From: Candidatus Zhuqueibacterota bacterium
GTDB taxonomy: Bacteria; Zhuqueibacterota; Zhuqueibacteria; Thermofontimicrobiales; Thiofontviventaceae
DNA: 64,000 bases
Direction: 5' to 3'
Assembly (NCBI GenBank): GCA_016931935.1
Contig: JAFGDW010000090.1
Span: 199-64,198, forward strand
In this document: positions 54,601 through 64,000 of the stretch, one piece after another
How positions within the stretch are numbered: the stretch's first letter is position 1
How the letters are laid out: every line of letters begins with the position of its first letter
Notes under the pieces: model-generated
What the model saw: only the letters and a program-made list of their open reading frames with translations
The model's database searches: none
Told to the model about the DNA's origin: nothing
Made by a program: the position numbers and the translations under genes

Positions 54601-56187
54601 TGACGTTGTCGATATCCATAGCTCATTATAGCTGTTTTTATAAATCGTCCGAATCCAGTCATTAAAAATGCTTGTGTTATCCGTATCATCGTGTAAAAAT
54701 TGCTTATAGGTTTTTGTCACTTCATTGTAACGGATTAATCCCTGCCCCATGCATGCAAGCCACAGGTTTTTGCCATCTTTCAGGATACTGAAAACATTTT
54801 TGCACGGAAGAGTTTTATTCTGTTCAGAATTGAACCGGATGATTGTGTTATCCTTCCGATCTAGCAAATTCAATCCACCTTCCCACGTTCCAACCCACAA
54901 TTTCTGTTGGTCATCTTTACACAGCGACCAGACTGCGTTCGAGCTCAGCGTGTTCGGATTGTGAGGATCATTAATGAAATGTGCAAATGTCTTATCCCGC
55001 TTGTTGAACAGGTTCAGTCCCCCTTCTGTCCCGATCCATATGGAATCACCATCTTCCAGAAATGCATTGACAAAGTTGTTGCTTAGGCTGGCAGGATTAC
55101 CGGGTTCATGAGAGAAGGAAACAAACTTTTCTGTTAGTTGATTATAGAAATTGATTCCGTTAGCGAAGGTCCCAGCCCACATGCTGCCGTAAGAATCCTG
55201 GTACAATGAATAAACGCTATTGTTTGATAAGCTAAATGGATTTAGCGGATCGTTTCGATAATGATAGAAACAGACATCATTCGAGTTTGAACTTCCGGGT
55301 TCCAGGATGTCCAAACCATTATTTTCAACCCCAATCCATAATCTGCCACCGCTGTCTTCCGATATAGAACGGATTGCTCCGTTGGCAATTGACGATTCAT
55401 CACCATCCCGATGCGCATAGTGAACACATTCGAGTATTTTCGCTGTTTCCGGTTCATATTTTATCAAGCAAAGACCATTGCTATTTGTGCCTACCCATAA
55501 CTTTCCATTCTTATCAGTATGAAGTGAAATTATATGGTTGTCCGTAATTCCAGCGGCATTCATGATATTATTCAATCTTACAAATTTTTGAGTCGACACA
55601 TCAAAGCGATTCAGCCCGTTCGCAGTTCCTACCCAAACATTGTTATTTTTATCAATTACTATATCTTCGACATTATAATTGCTAATTGTGCTTTCATCCG
55701 TGGCATTTGGCACAAATGAAACTGTTTTGTCGTTCTCCGGATTAAATAACAACAGACCATGTGCAGCGGTACCAATTAAAAACCGGCCATCATCCAATTC
55801 AACAATATTCTGCACTCCTTCCTGAGGCCAGCTTGTTTTGTGCGAAAAATTATCATTCTGACGATCGTAGCGGTTCAAACCTGCAAAAGTCGCGATCCAC
55901 AATTGTCCCTTTTTGTCTTCATAAATTGCTTCGATCGTGTTACTTGAAATACTTTTTTTATTACGCGGATTATATTTATAAATTGTAATTGAATAGCCAT
56001 CGTAGCGGTTAAGGCCGTCATTTGTTCCGAACCACATAAAGCCATACGAATCTTCACAAATGGATTTCACCCAGCTCTGTGATAATCCATCCTGAACAGT
56101 AATATGTTTAAATTTTAGAGACAATTGCTCTCCGGACGCTGCATGAGCGACGGGCAGTAACAACAATAGAAATAGTATTTTCTTCAC
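51622..56187 (-). CDS. Hybrid sensor histidine kinase/response regulator (Reg_prop/Y_Y_Y sensor, TM, PAS, HisKA, HATPase_c, REC, REC); sensor domain is the closest paralogue of the MCP at 14575-18141
   Basis: 1521 aa; [16 protein letters not shown].. N-terminus and YHYRNDPLNPFSLSNNSVYSLYQD... region closely match the MCP gene; TPPYWHRWWFR; [17 protein letters not shown]. Confidence 0.85.
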   Translation of the reverse strand: MKKILFLLLLLPVAHAASGEQLSLKFKHITVQDGLSQSWVKSICEDSYGFMWFGTNDGLNRYDGYSITIYKYNPRNKKSISSNTIEAIYEDKKGQLWIATFAGLNRYDRQNDNFSHKTSWPQEGVQNIVELDDGRFLIGTAAHGLLLFNPENDKTVSFVPNATDESTISNYNVEDIVIDKNNNVWVGTANGLNRFDVSTQKFVRLNNIMNAAGITDNHIISLHTDKNGKLWVGTNSNGLCLIKYEPETAKILECVHYAHRDGDESSIANGAIRSISEDSGGRLWIGVENNGLDILEPGSSNSNDVCFYHYRNDPLNPFSLSNNSVYSLYQDSYGSMWAGTFANGINFYNQLTEKFVSFSHEPGNPASLSNNFVNAFLEDGDSIWIGTEGGLNLFNKRDKTFAHFINDPHNPNTLSSNAVWSLCKDDQQKLWVGTWEGGLNLLDRKDNTIIRFNSEQNKTLPCKNVFSILKDGKNLWLACMGQGLIRYNEVTKTYKQFLHDDTDNTSIFNDWIRTIYKNSYNELWISTTSSIDLFDPANESFTHFRHDTSNINSISHSTAIIFFEDSRKNLWIGTDNGLNVYRREKKDFRGYFEEQGLPNNQIKGILEDDHANLWISTNRGIAKFVNGTNVPKNPQFIVYGVDDGLLGNEFNRRSCMKAADGEMYFGGPNGFNVFNPESLRINLAKPPVVITKFQLFNKDVEIKGGNSPLMENIVTTSSLTLSHQHSVISFEFVALNYIAPERNQYAYKMEGFDTEWNYVGNQHDATYTNLDPGTYTFRVKASNNDGIWNETGASLTIIITPPYWHRWWFRTMVLNLLMLLIFALYQIRTRNIRIQNKQLEQKVAERTKDLLTANNALEDKKNLLQTVIDLVPDPIFVKDRHSRFILNNRAHMESVGITRQEDMIGKSDADFFPGGHVDDYHKDEINIIKTGIPIINKEEKGVNPLTGEIDWILTSKVQFKNNKGEVDGIVGVSRLINDRKKFEEELQIAKEIAESANRSKSEFLANMSHEIRTPMNGVIGMTELALATDLNRQQQDYLRIVKQSAESLLDLLNDILDFSKIEAGKLELEIINFDIRKVMETAITTLAIQANSKGIELLYDLKHDVPVGLMGDPGRLRQIIVNLIGNAIKFTEKGEILVKVSLLEKDATQHDGLIGLQFSVSDTGIGIPEDKLDKIFESFSQADNSTTRKFGGTGLGLTISQKLTHLMGGKIWVESELGKGSVFQFTAYFKPGKIKESEKFARRVKELEGMRVLIVDDNNTNCIIMRDVMEANGFQPTIAWNGMEALNKLYEATVEEKQFSLILLDFQMPEMDGYEFTKRVRANTKWDSIKIIMMSSVVDRSDLKRNKIDGIDEFLQKPIRQTDLMYSILTLLGKACTDLDCIGRSFSIDDKMPSLHILLAEDNIVNQKVATSLLKKWGHEVTVANDGQEAISILGKRSFDLVLMDVQMPNIDGIEATRQIRQTLKLEIPIIAMTAHAMKGDREAFLNAGMNDYIAKPIDVEEVRSKIAAFAIVGNGTESKT

Positions 56188-56218
56188 AATAACGACTCTT
56201 AATTTATTTTATGCGCGT

Positions 56219-59200
56219 TTATGCAGATACAAATTCTGATTTGTGAACGACAAATTTATTTAACACGCGAATAATTTCATCGACATTAATGGGTTTTGCC
56301 ACATATTCATCCACACCTGCTTCAAAGAAACGTTCACGGTCGCCTTTCATCGCGTGAGCTGTCACAGCAACAATTGGAATTGTCGGTGGTACGGCCAGTG
56401 AGTTTGAAGCTCGGATCGCTTTAGTCGCTTTAATGCCATCCATTACGGGCATTTGGATATCCATCAGGATCAAATCGAAATGTTTATCTTTCAAAATTTC
56501 CAATGCTTCCTCGCCGTGTTGAGCGATGGTTACATAATGTCCCCACTTCGATAATAATTTCTGAGCAACCCTTTGGTTAATAAGATTGTCTTCAACCAAT
56601 AGAATGTCTATCGGATGAATTTCTTCGTTTGAAGTTGCTGATTGGTCTTTTCCACGACGATCATTCTGTAAATTTTCGATGTTTTTTCTGATTGCCATCC
56701 ATAATTCCGAATGTCGTATTGGTTTCGCAAGACAATTTTCGCGACCAATTCGCTTACATGTTTCATGCTTATAATCTTCAACGAGTGAACTAAGTAAAAT
56801 AATTTTTATATTTTTCCACTCCGCGTTTTCCGACATCCGCTCGATAACTTCCATCCCCGTCATTCCAGGCATTTGGCAGTCCATTAAGACGAGCTGAAAT
56901 TGTTTAGCAGGATTGTGGATTTCATCGAGCATAGCTATTGCCTTATTTCCACAGTTTGTAACACTAACTTTCGCGCCGTGTCGTTTTAGCAGTTTTTCGA
57001 GAATCAATCGATTGGTTTCATTATCATCAACCACCAAAATTCGAATGCCTTCCAAATTAACAGTTTCAGCATCGTGCATTTCTTCAGATGCATTCCCTGG
57101 TTTCACTTTTATTGTAAAATGAAAAGTGCTTCCTTTACCTACCTGACTTTCTACCCACATCCGTCCGCCCAGCAAGCGTGTTAATCGACGGGATAATGTC
57201 AGTCCAAGACCCAACCCACCATACTTCCGGGTTAACGATGCATCCAACTGAGAAAAGCTTTTAAATATTTTATTTATTTTATTCTTGGGAATTCCAATAC
57301 CACTATCAGTTACTGTAAAATGTAAGGCGATTAAATCATTTGCTACCTGTCGCGACGATTTCTCGATTTCAACACCCAGCTTAATTTCTCCCTGTTCTGT
57401 GAATTTAACAGCATTACTCAAAAGGTTAACAAGTATTTGATGCAATCGACTGGAATCACCAAACAAGTGGCGTGGTACATTTTCATCAATATCATAAATA
57501 AGCTCGATATGTTTGTTCGCAGCTGCCGACGCAAAGCTTACAAGCGCCCGTTCGATTAATTTGCACAAATTAAAATCTGTCTGGGAAATTTCAATTTCAC
57601 CGGATTCAATTCGTGAAAAATCAAATACACCTTTTAACAAATCAAGCAGTGACTCTGCCGAATGCACAACGACTCGAAGATATTCATGGATTTGCTCCAA
57701 ATTGTGCTCACTACCTGCCAATTCTGCCATCCCGATTACCCCGTTTAAAGGTGTGCGGAACTCATGACTCAAATTTGCCAGAAATTCGCTTTTGACACGT
57801 GCCGCACTCTTAGCAGCCTGCTTGAGTTTTTGCTCCATTTGCTTTCGCTCGGTTATATCACGACGGATACCGACCAACCCAAGAATTTTTCCATCTTTAT
57901 CGCGAAGTGGTACTTTCGATGTCAATACGCACACTTGTTCACCCGTTTCTAAGGCACGTCCGTATTCTTCTTTATTTATGATAGCTTCACCATTGTGCAA
58001 CACACGGTCATCGTCAGAGTCAACCGTATTAAAATCTATTTGATTATCAGTGAAAAAATCTTTGTCGTGTTTACTTATAAGTTCAACCTGATCGCTACAA
58101 CCCAGATCTTTGATGTGCTTTAGATTATTCAAAATGAACCTTTTTTGTACATCCTTCACGTAAATGCTATCCGGTACAATATCAATGACTGTTTGCAACA
58201 GATTTCGTTTATTTTCAAGCTCAAGCGTACGTTCTCTGACTTTTAGTTCAAGGTAGCGATTGCGTTTTCGAATGCTCTGCGTTCGCAGGTAATAAATGGA
58301 CACAACAAAGAACGATATGGCAAAAAACATTATTGTCCGAAACCATGCTGTCTTCCAAAATGGTGGTGTAATTATAATCTGAATTGATCGACCCGCGTTA
58401 TTCCACACGCCATCATTATTCGTACCGCGCACATGAAAAGTATATTTTCCGGGATTGATATTGGTATAGGTTGCAATTCGTTTATTCCCTACATAATTCC
58501 AATCTCTGTCAAATCCTTCCAACCGATACGCATATTGATTTTTTAGCGGTGTCGTAAAATCAAGAGCAGCAAATTCGAATGAGAATACAGAATTTCGGTA
58601 CGATATAGTTATTTCATCTGACAACAAAATATTTTCTGACAGCGGTGATTTTTCAATTCCAATCGGAACTTGTTTATTCATAAGTTGAAAATCTGTAATA
58701 ACAATATTTGGTATGAATGTATTTTCTTGTACATCATCGGGATAAAAGTCATTAAATCCATTCGTACCACCAAAATACATTCTTCCATTTCGTGCAGTTA
58801 GACTGGATTTTTTAATAAACGTATTGCCCTGTAATCCATCCAATTTTGTAAAACTCTTAAATTGATTGGTTTTTAAATTGAACCTGGAAAGGCCACAATT
58901 TGTGCTAATCCATAAATACCCGTTCATATCTTTTTCAATACTATAAATAAGATTATTGGGCAAGCCATCTATATCAAAATAACGTTTAAAGGATTTGTCA
59001 TTTTGATCAAACTTATTCAAACCATTGGTTGTCCCTACCCATACGGTACTGCTGTCTTGTTCGAATATGGTTGTTATAAAATTGTTTGATATGCTGTTAA
59101 TATCATTTTTGTTATGTTGATAAAGTACGCTTTCTTTTGTATCCGGATCAAAAACAATAAAGCCAAATGTAGTTCCAATAAGCAGATTTCCATTCGAAGC

Positions 59201-60796
59201 CAGTTCCACTAATTCTATGTGATTGCTAAACATTTTGTACTTTTTTAAATCGATATTGTGAAAAGACATATCATCTATATAGAAGGTATTTAATCCTCCT
59301 GTTGTTGCCAGCCATAATCGCCCCTTTTTGTCTTGAACAATATCGTAAACATGATTGTTATTTAAACCACTATTTTCTGATGTAAACGTAACAAATTTTT
59401 TTTGATCCTGATCAAATCTACTAAAGCCGCCGTCGTATGTGCCAATCCACACATTATTATCAGAATCAACGTAAACGGTTAGCACAGCATCCACATTTAG
59501 ATTCGTAGTCTCAGTATTATATCTTTCAAATGTATTTAAAAAGGGATCAAATAAATTTAAACCACCGCCATCCGTAGCAATCCAAATTTTTCCATCATTA
59601 CTCTCACTGAATTCCCACACTGAATTATCACTTAAACTGGATTGCACACCCGGAACATTTTTGTGATGCTCAAATGCATGCTTTTTGTTCTTTATAATAT
59701 CTAATCCCGCATCATACGTGCCAAACCACATATCGCCTGCTTTATCCTGAAAAATTGAATAAATCGCATTACTATTTATGCTAGCAGGATTTTTGAAATC
59801 ACTTTTAAAATGCGTAAACGTCTTTCGGTCAGGATGCAGATAATTCAGTCCCCCATTTTCATTGCTAATCCACAACCCATCACTTGCATCGACTTTAATT
59901 ACTCGTATCGATTTGCCCGTAAGGCCATATTTACCGTGTCGATCAATTCGATAATTCTTAAACTTGCCGTGTTTCAAAACATCTTTGTGAATGCAGGACA
60001 GTCCTCCTTCAATGCAACCGAACCAGAGATAGCCTTGTTTATCTTCATCAATTGAATAGACATTATTACTTACCAAACTTGTAGAATCATTTTCGTTGTG
60101 CATGAGATGAATAAATTTTCCGGTAGCTCTATCCAGAATATTTATACCTCCCCTGACACTCCCAATTATAAAATTTCCGTTACTATCTTCAAAAATGCTT
60201 CTGATATCAGAAGAAAACAGACCTGATGGATTATCCTTATCATAACCGTAGTGAATGTATTCATGCGTCTGTGGATTAAACCAGTAAAGTCCATTGTGGT
60301 GGGATGAGAGCCACAAATTCCCTTTCCGATCGGGATATATACACTGAATATTAAATGTGATGAATCCCTCAATGTCATTATAATTAATAAATCGATCAAA
60401 TTTCCGATCATATAACGACAAGCCAATTTCAGTGCCAATCCACAGGTTTCCATTATCATCTTTCGCCAAACATTCAATGAGATTGGATTGAATGCTATTA
60501 GAATCATTTAAGGAATGTCTGTATACCTTGAATTGGTAGCCATCGTATCGGTTTAGTCCATCAAAAGTACCAAACCACATAAAGCCCAGATCGTCCTGTA
60601 ATATGCACCTTACATTGGCATGAGAAAGCCCGTCATCAGTCGTCAAGTGATCAAATTTCAGATAGTGATCAATCGTTTCTGATTTCAAGATTGACGGATA
60701 TATCCATAATGCAAGCAGCATTATCATCGTTAATTTAATTACATGACTCCAATATTTTTGATTAAAAATCTTCATAAAGCAGAACCCCATCCCCAA
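56219..60796 (-). CDS. Hybrid sensor histidine kinase/response regulator (Reg_prop/Y_Y_Y sensor, TM, PAS, HisKA, HATPase_c, REC, REC)
   Basis: 1525 aa; [11 protein letters not shown]; H-box SEFLANLSHEFRTPLNG; two REC. Confidence 0.85.
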   Translation of the reverse strand: MGMGFCFMKIFNQKYWSHVIKLTMIMLLALWIYPSILKSETIDHYLKFDHLTTDDGLSHANVRCILQDDLGFMWFGTFDGLNRYDGYQFKVYRHSLNDSNSIQSNLIECLAKDDNGNLWIGTEIGLSLYDRKFDRFINYNDIEGFITFNIQCIYPDRKGNLWLSSHHNGLYWFNPQTHEYIHYGYDKDNPSGLFSSDIRSIFEDSNGNFIIGSVRGGINILDRATGKFIHLMHNENDSTSLVSNNVYSIDEDKQGYLWFGCIEGGLSCIHKDVLKHGKFKNYRIDRHGKYGLTGKSIRVIKVDASDGLWISNENGGLNYLHPDRKTFTHFKSDFKNPASINSNAIYSIFQDKAGDMWFGTYDAGLDIIKNKKHAFEHHKNVPGVQSSLSDNSVWEFSESNDGKIWIATDGGGLNLFDPFLNTFERYNTETTNLNVDAVLTVYVDSDNNVWIGTYDGGFSRFDQDQKKFVTFTSENSGLNNNHVYDIVQDKKGRLWLATTGGLNTFYIDDMSFHNIDLKKYKMFSNHIELVELASNGNLLIGTTFGFIVFDPDTKESVLYQHNKNDINSISNNFITTIFEQDSSTVWVGTTNGLNKFDQNDKSFKRYFDIDGLPNNLIYSIEKDMNGYLWISTNCGLSRFNLKTNQFKSFTKLDGLQGNTFIKKSSLTARNGRMYFGGTNGFNDFYPDDVQENTFIPNIVITDFQLMNKQVPIGIEKSPLSENILLSDEITISYRNSVFSFEFAALDFTTPLKNQYAYRLEGFDRDWNYVGNKRIATYTNINPGKYTFHVRGTNNDGVWNNAGRSIQIIITPPFWKTAWFRTIMFFAISFFVVSIYYLRTQSIRKRNRYLELKVRERTLELENKRNLLQTVIDIVPDSIYVKDVQKRFILNNLKHIKDLGCSDQVELISKHDKDFFTDNQIDFNTVDSDDDRVLHNGEAIINKEEYGRALETGEQVCVLTSKVPLRDKDGKILGLVGIRRDITERKQMEQKLKQAAKSAARVKSEFLANLSHEFRTPLNGVIGMAELAGSEHNLEQIHEYLRVVVHSAESLLDLLKGVFDFSRIESGEIEISQTDFNLCKLIERALVSFASAAANKHIELIYDIDENVPRHLFGDSSRLHQILVNLLSNAVKFTEQGEIKLGVEIEKSSRQVANDLIALHFTVTDSGIGIPKNKINKIFKSFSQLDASLTRKYGGLGLGLTLSRRLTRLLGGRMWVESQVGKGSTFHFTIKVKPGNASEEMHDAETVNLEGIRILVVDDNETNRLILEKLLKRHGAKVSVTNCGNKAIAMLDEIHNPAKQFQLVLMDCQMPGMTGMEVIERMSENAEWKNIKIILLSSLVEDYKHETCKRIGRENCLAKPIRHSELWMAIRKNIENLQNDRRGKDQSATSNEEIHPIDILLVEDNLINQRVAQKLLSKWGHYVTIAQHGEEALEILKDKHFDLILMDIQMPVMDGIKATKAIRASNSLAVPPTIPIVAVTAHAMKGDRERFFEAGVDEYVAKPINVDEIIRVLNKFVVHKSEFVSA

Positions 60797-60925
60797 TATT
60801 CACAAGCGACGGTTTATATATTTATGTACATCGGAATGGCTATCCGGGGGATAGATATTCCTGTAATCACTTCCTGCAGTAAATATAAATTTAGTTTTAG
60901 ATGTCACTAATTACTGGTCACAAAA

Positions 60926-63900
60926 TTATCCATTTTTGGATTCAACAGTGATATGTGCAAATTTTATCAGGACTCTTTTCACTTCATCCACATTAATCGG
61001 CTTGGAGATATAATCATCCATGCCTGTATCCAAAAATTTTTCCCGGTCGCCCTTCATGGCATGGGCAGTCATCGCAACAATCGGAATCATCGAATTTAAT
61101 GATTTACGAATAAAGCGAGTTGCTTCAAGACCATCCATGTTTGGCATTTGTACATCCATAAGAATTATATCAAATTCTTTTTCTTTGAGCTGTTCGATTG
61201 CTTCTTTGCCATCATTGACAATAGTAACGGTGTGTCCCCATTTTTTCAGCAAGCTGGTAGCAACCTTTTGATTCACCAGGTTATCTTCAGCAAGCAAAAT
61301 TTTTAACGGAACACTCGTTTCATCGAATGGGCTGTTGGCACCATTGACATCCACTGATGTGTTCTTGTTTCCAAACAAGGTAAGTATCGTGCTAAAAAGA
61401 TCATTCTGACGCACAGGTTTTTGTAAAAACTCATCAATTCCAATATCTTTGCTCTTTACGACATCCCCTTTTTCCACGATCGAGCTCATCATAATGATTT
61501 TACATTTATCCCATATCGAATTGGAACGAATTTTTACAGCGAAATCAAAACCATTCATTTCCGGCATTTGAAAATCCAATAAAATTAATGCGAATGGTTT
61601 TTCATCCACTGTTGACTTATACATTGCGTTTAACGCATCTTTACCGTTCCAGGCAGTTTGTGTTTCAAATCTACACGATGAAAGCACATCTCTTAAGATG
61701 ATGCAATTCGTAGCATTGTCATCCACAATAAGGACCCGAGTATCGGAAAATTCTTTCATTCGGTTACGATACACCTGAGAATTTTCCACCTTGCCACGCA
61801 TTAACTGAGCTGTGAAATGGAACAGGCTCCCTTTTCCGATTTCACTTTCGCACCAGATATTTCCTCCCATAAGCTCCAATAGTTTTTTTGAGATAGTAAG
61901 CCCGAGCCCAGATCCCCCATACTTTCGTGTGGTTGAATTATCAGCCTGGGAAAAACTGTGGAAAATTTTATCAAGCTTGTCTGCCGGAATGCCAATACCG
62001 GTATCACGAACTAAAAAATGAAGTTTGATGTGGTTCTGATCCGTTGGTTGTTCACCATTACGATCGGCATCATTTTCAAGTTGTACGGTCAGCACAACTT
62101 CCCCCTTGTCGGTGAATTTGATCGCATTACCAATCAAATTAACAATAATTTGCCGCAAACGTCCAGGATCTCCCTTCAGCTCTACAGGCACGTCAGGCCG
62201 AATATCACATAGCAATTCCAACTTTTTTGTGTGAGCCTGCACAGCAAGTGTACTAATAGCAGTATCCACAACTTTACGCAAATCAAAATCGATGGATTCC
62301 AACTCCATTTTGCCAGCTTCAATTTTGGAAAAATCAAGAATGTCGTTTAACAAATACAGCAGAGATTCGGCCGATTGTTTGGCAATTTTCAGGTAATCGC
62401 GTTGCTGTTTGTTTTGCGAAACGTCCAGCGCCAATTCTGTCATCCCGATAATGCCGTTCATTGGTGTGCGCAGTTCATGACTCATATTAGCCAGAAATTC
62501 GCTTTTCGTTTTATTGGCAATTTCAGCAGCCAATTTTGCGGCTTGCAATTCCTGCTCTTTTCGTTTTAAATCAGAAATATCCCGGGAGATAGTAACAATT
62601 CCATGGATATTGCTTTCGTCATCTTTAATCGGTACTTTTGATGTCGACATCCATCTAGACTTTCCATCCGGGAATTCAATTTCTTGTACGTCGTTAATAA
62701 GGTGCAGCCCGGTTTGAATGATATCACGGTCCTCGTTCATTATGTCACGAGCAAATTTTTCAGAAAAGAAATCGAAATCAGTCTTGTTAATAACCGAGTC
62801 AGGTGACTTAAGCTTTAGCATAGTGGCATAAGCGCCATTCATTCTTAAATACCGCCCCTGGTTATCCTTAAAAAATATGGAATCCGGAATATTATCCATG
62901 AGCAACTGTAATAAATTCCGTTCATCGTTTAGCGCGGTTTCGGCTTTCTTCTGTTCAGTGATATCATTTGCCGAACAGACCACATAGTCAACATCGCCAG
63001 TTTCATTCACGTGGGGCATTCGGGTTATTGCCAAAAGCCGGGATTCACCTTCACAATTCGTGATCCACTCTTCGGTGTATTTCTTCTGTTTCGATTCAAA
63101 CGCCTGTCTGTTATTCTGGAGAATGACATTGGTCTCTTTCATCGGGAAGAAATGCAAAATTTTTTTATGTTCTATATCACTTTTTTGTTTTCCCAGAAAC
63201 TGTGCATGAGAGTTGTTCACAGAACCATATGTCCTATAATTCACAAGATACCAAATTTGTGTTTCGATATTATCGGATAATAATTTAAGTTCATTTTTTT
63301 GGTGCTCAAAATTCAGAATCATATCCCGGGAATCTTTCCGGATCATGGCTACTGCATCAAACAGATCGGAAAACGGATCATGTTCCGGGAGACCATCAAT
63401 GAGACTTTCATCTGATGTATCCCATGATAATCGCCCCAATAGACCGAATAATTCATGAATCCGCTTGCTTTGATGATTGATAATTGTTTCTTTTTCCTGT
63501 AACAGTTGCCTGGCAAAACTGTTTAGTTCCTTTTTCTTTTTGGGAATTATATTTTTTTGTGCTATCTCTTGAGTCTGCTTATTTTCTTTATGCTTTAAAA
63601 CACGCATAATTGCCGAATTAAAATCTGAGTCGACAAATATTTTGTTCATGAATTTATGTGAAAATAATTTGCCAAACTTCACGATGCCCTTCAATGCCGG
63701 ACTTAAGCCGAAGAAAATGGTTAACGCAATTGAATCAATATTATTTACAAACCAGGCAATAATTAGCTTCCTGATCGCTAATGATGCCCCGATTGAATTA
63801 CTTAAATCATATAACAAATAATACTTTTCGCCTTCAGGAATGGTATGTTCAACAACCGTTTGTAATGTTTTCATTGAATCGAACACATGTTCGTCAAGAT

Positions 63901-63937
63901 ATCCAGTCACATGCATCAAGATGATGTTTTCATCCAT
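60926..63937 (-). CDS. Hybrid histidine kinase without propeller sensor: N-terminal ~120-aa domain of unknown function, two PAS-like regions, HisKA, HATPase_c, REC, REC
   Basis: 1003 aa; [17 protein letters not shown]; DTGIGI/GGSGLGL; two receivers (LIVDDN...LLDFQMPEMNG; LLAEDN...[11 protein letters not shown]). Confidence 0.8.
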   Translation of the reverse strand: MDENIILMHVTGYLDEHVFDSMKTLQTVVEHTIPEGEKYYLLYDLSNSIGASLAIRKLIIAWFVNNIDSIALTIFFGLSPALKGIVKFGKLFSHKFMNKIFVDSDFNSAIMRVLKHKENKQTQEIAQKNIIPKKKKELNSFARQLLQEKETIINHQSKRIHELFGLLGRLSWDTSDESLIDGLPEHDPFSDLFDAVAMIRKDSRDMILNFEHQKNELKLLSDNIETQIWYLVNYRTYGSVNNSHAQFLGKQKSDIEHKKILHFFPMKETNVILQNNRQAFESKQKKYTEEWITNCEGESRLLAITRMPHVNETGDVDYVVCSANDITEQKKAETALNDERNLLQLLMDNIPDSIFFKDNQGRYLRMNGAYATMLKLKSPDSVINKTDFDFFSEKFARDIMNEDRDIIQTGLHLINDVQEIEFPDGKSRWMSTSKVPIKDDESNIHGIVTISRDISDLKRKEQELQAAKLAAEIANKTKSEFLANMSHELRTPMNGIIGMTELALDVSQNKQQRDYLKIAKQSAESLLYLLNDILDFSKIEAGKMELESIDFDLRKVVDTAISTLAVQAHTKKLELLCDIRPDVPVELKGDPGRLRQIIVNLIGNAIKFTDKGEVVLTVQLENDADRNGEQPTDQNHIKLHFLVRDTGIGIPADKLDKIFHSFSQADNSTTRKYGGSGLGLTISKKLLELMGGNIWCESEIGKGSLFHFTAQLMRGKVENSQVYRNRMKEFSDTRVLIVDDNATNCIILRDVLSSCRFETQTAWNGKDALNAMYKSTVDEKPFALILLDFQMPEMNGFDFAVKIRSNSIWDKCKIIMMSSIVEKGDVVKSKDIGIDEFLQKPVRQNDLFSTILTLFGNKNTSVDVNGANSPFDETSVPLKILLAEDNLVNQKVATSLLKKWGHTVTIVNDGKEAIEQLKEKEFDIILMDVQMPNMDGLEATRFIRKSLNSMIPIVAMTAHAMKGDREKFLDTGMDDYISKPINVDEVKRVLIKFAHITVESKNG

Positions 63938-64000
63938 GCATTCTGTTTTTAAATGATAGCCTTTATCCGGGTTGGAAAGATTCCACTTTTCATCCTGAAT

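Noticed and set aside
726-63280. Numerous 60-180-aa ORFs on the opposite strand inside the large genes (e.g. 1681-1980, 3934-4191, 5425-5739, 19793-20140, 26473-27015, 43081-43419, 47701-48003)
   Set aside because: Shadow ORFs fully embedded antisense in long, well-supported CDSs; low-complexity translations, no start context
1-64000. CRISPR arrays, transposases, integrases, phage genes, defence systems
   Set aside because: No regularly spaced short direct repeats, no DDE/tyrosine-recombinase-like ORFs, and no ATPase/nuclease pairs typical of defence islands seen. The repeat elements present are non-autonomous.

Overview
This 64-kb window is low-GC DNA from a bacterium that carries type IX secretion (T9SS) C-terminal sorting domains, so it probably belongs to the Fibrobacteres-Chlorobi-Bacteroidetes group; no finer placement is claimed. 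The first ~14 kb (+ strand mostly) encodes a BlaI/BlaR1-type repressor/M56-protease module, a putative esterase, three consecutive secreted T9SS-cargo proteins, two metallo-beta-lactamase (MBL)-fold hydrolases and a few small housekeeping-like genes. The cargo proteins are an SBBP beta-propeller protein, an FG-GAP/MBL-fold fusion and a GH8 glycoside hydrolase with a PD40 propeller. The remaining ~50 kb (14.5-64 kb, all on the - strand) is a striking tandem array of 11 signal-transduction genes. Eight are paralogous, 1250-1525-aa periplasmic double-beta-propeller/Y_Y_Y hybrid sensor histidine kinases that lack any DNA-binding output. One more is a PAS-only hybrid kinase. One is a HAMP-type hybrid kinase split by a single in-frame TAA. 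One carries the same propeller/Y_Y_Y sensor fused to a methyl-accepting chemotaxis signalling domain instead of a kinase. An ABC_sub_bind-type periplasmic binding protein sits inside the array. The intergenic spacers of the array carry several families of short repeats. These comprise a 256-bp hairpin-rich element with a 9-bp target-site duplication, a 98-bp element with perfect 18-bp inverted ends, and a 136-158-bp structured element present in full copies and fragments in both orientations. The BlaI gene is preceded by a perfect TACA-N-TGTA dyad. This dyad recurs upstream of the first T9SS cargo gene. No rRNA, tRNA, CRISPR or obvious transposase was found.
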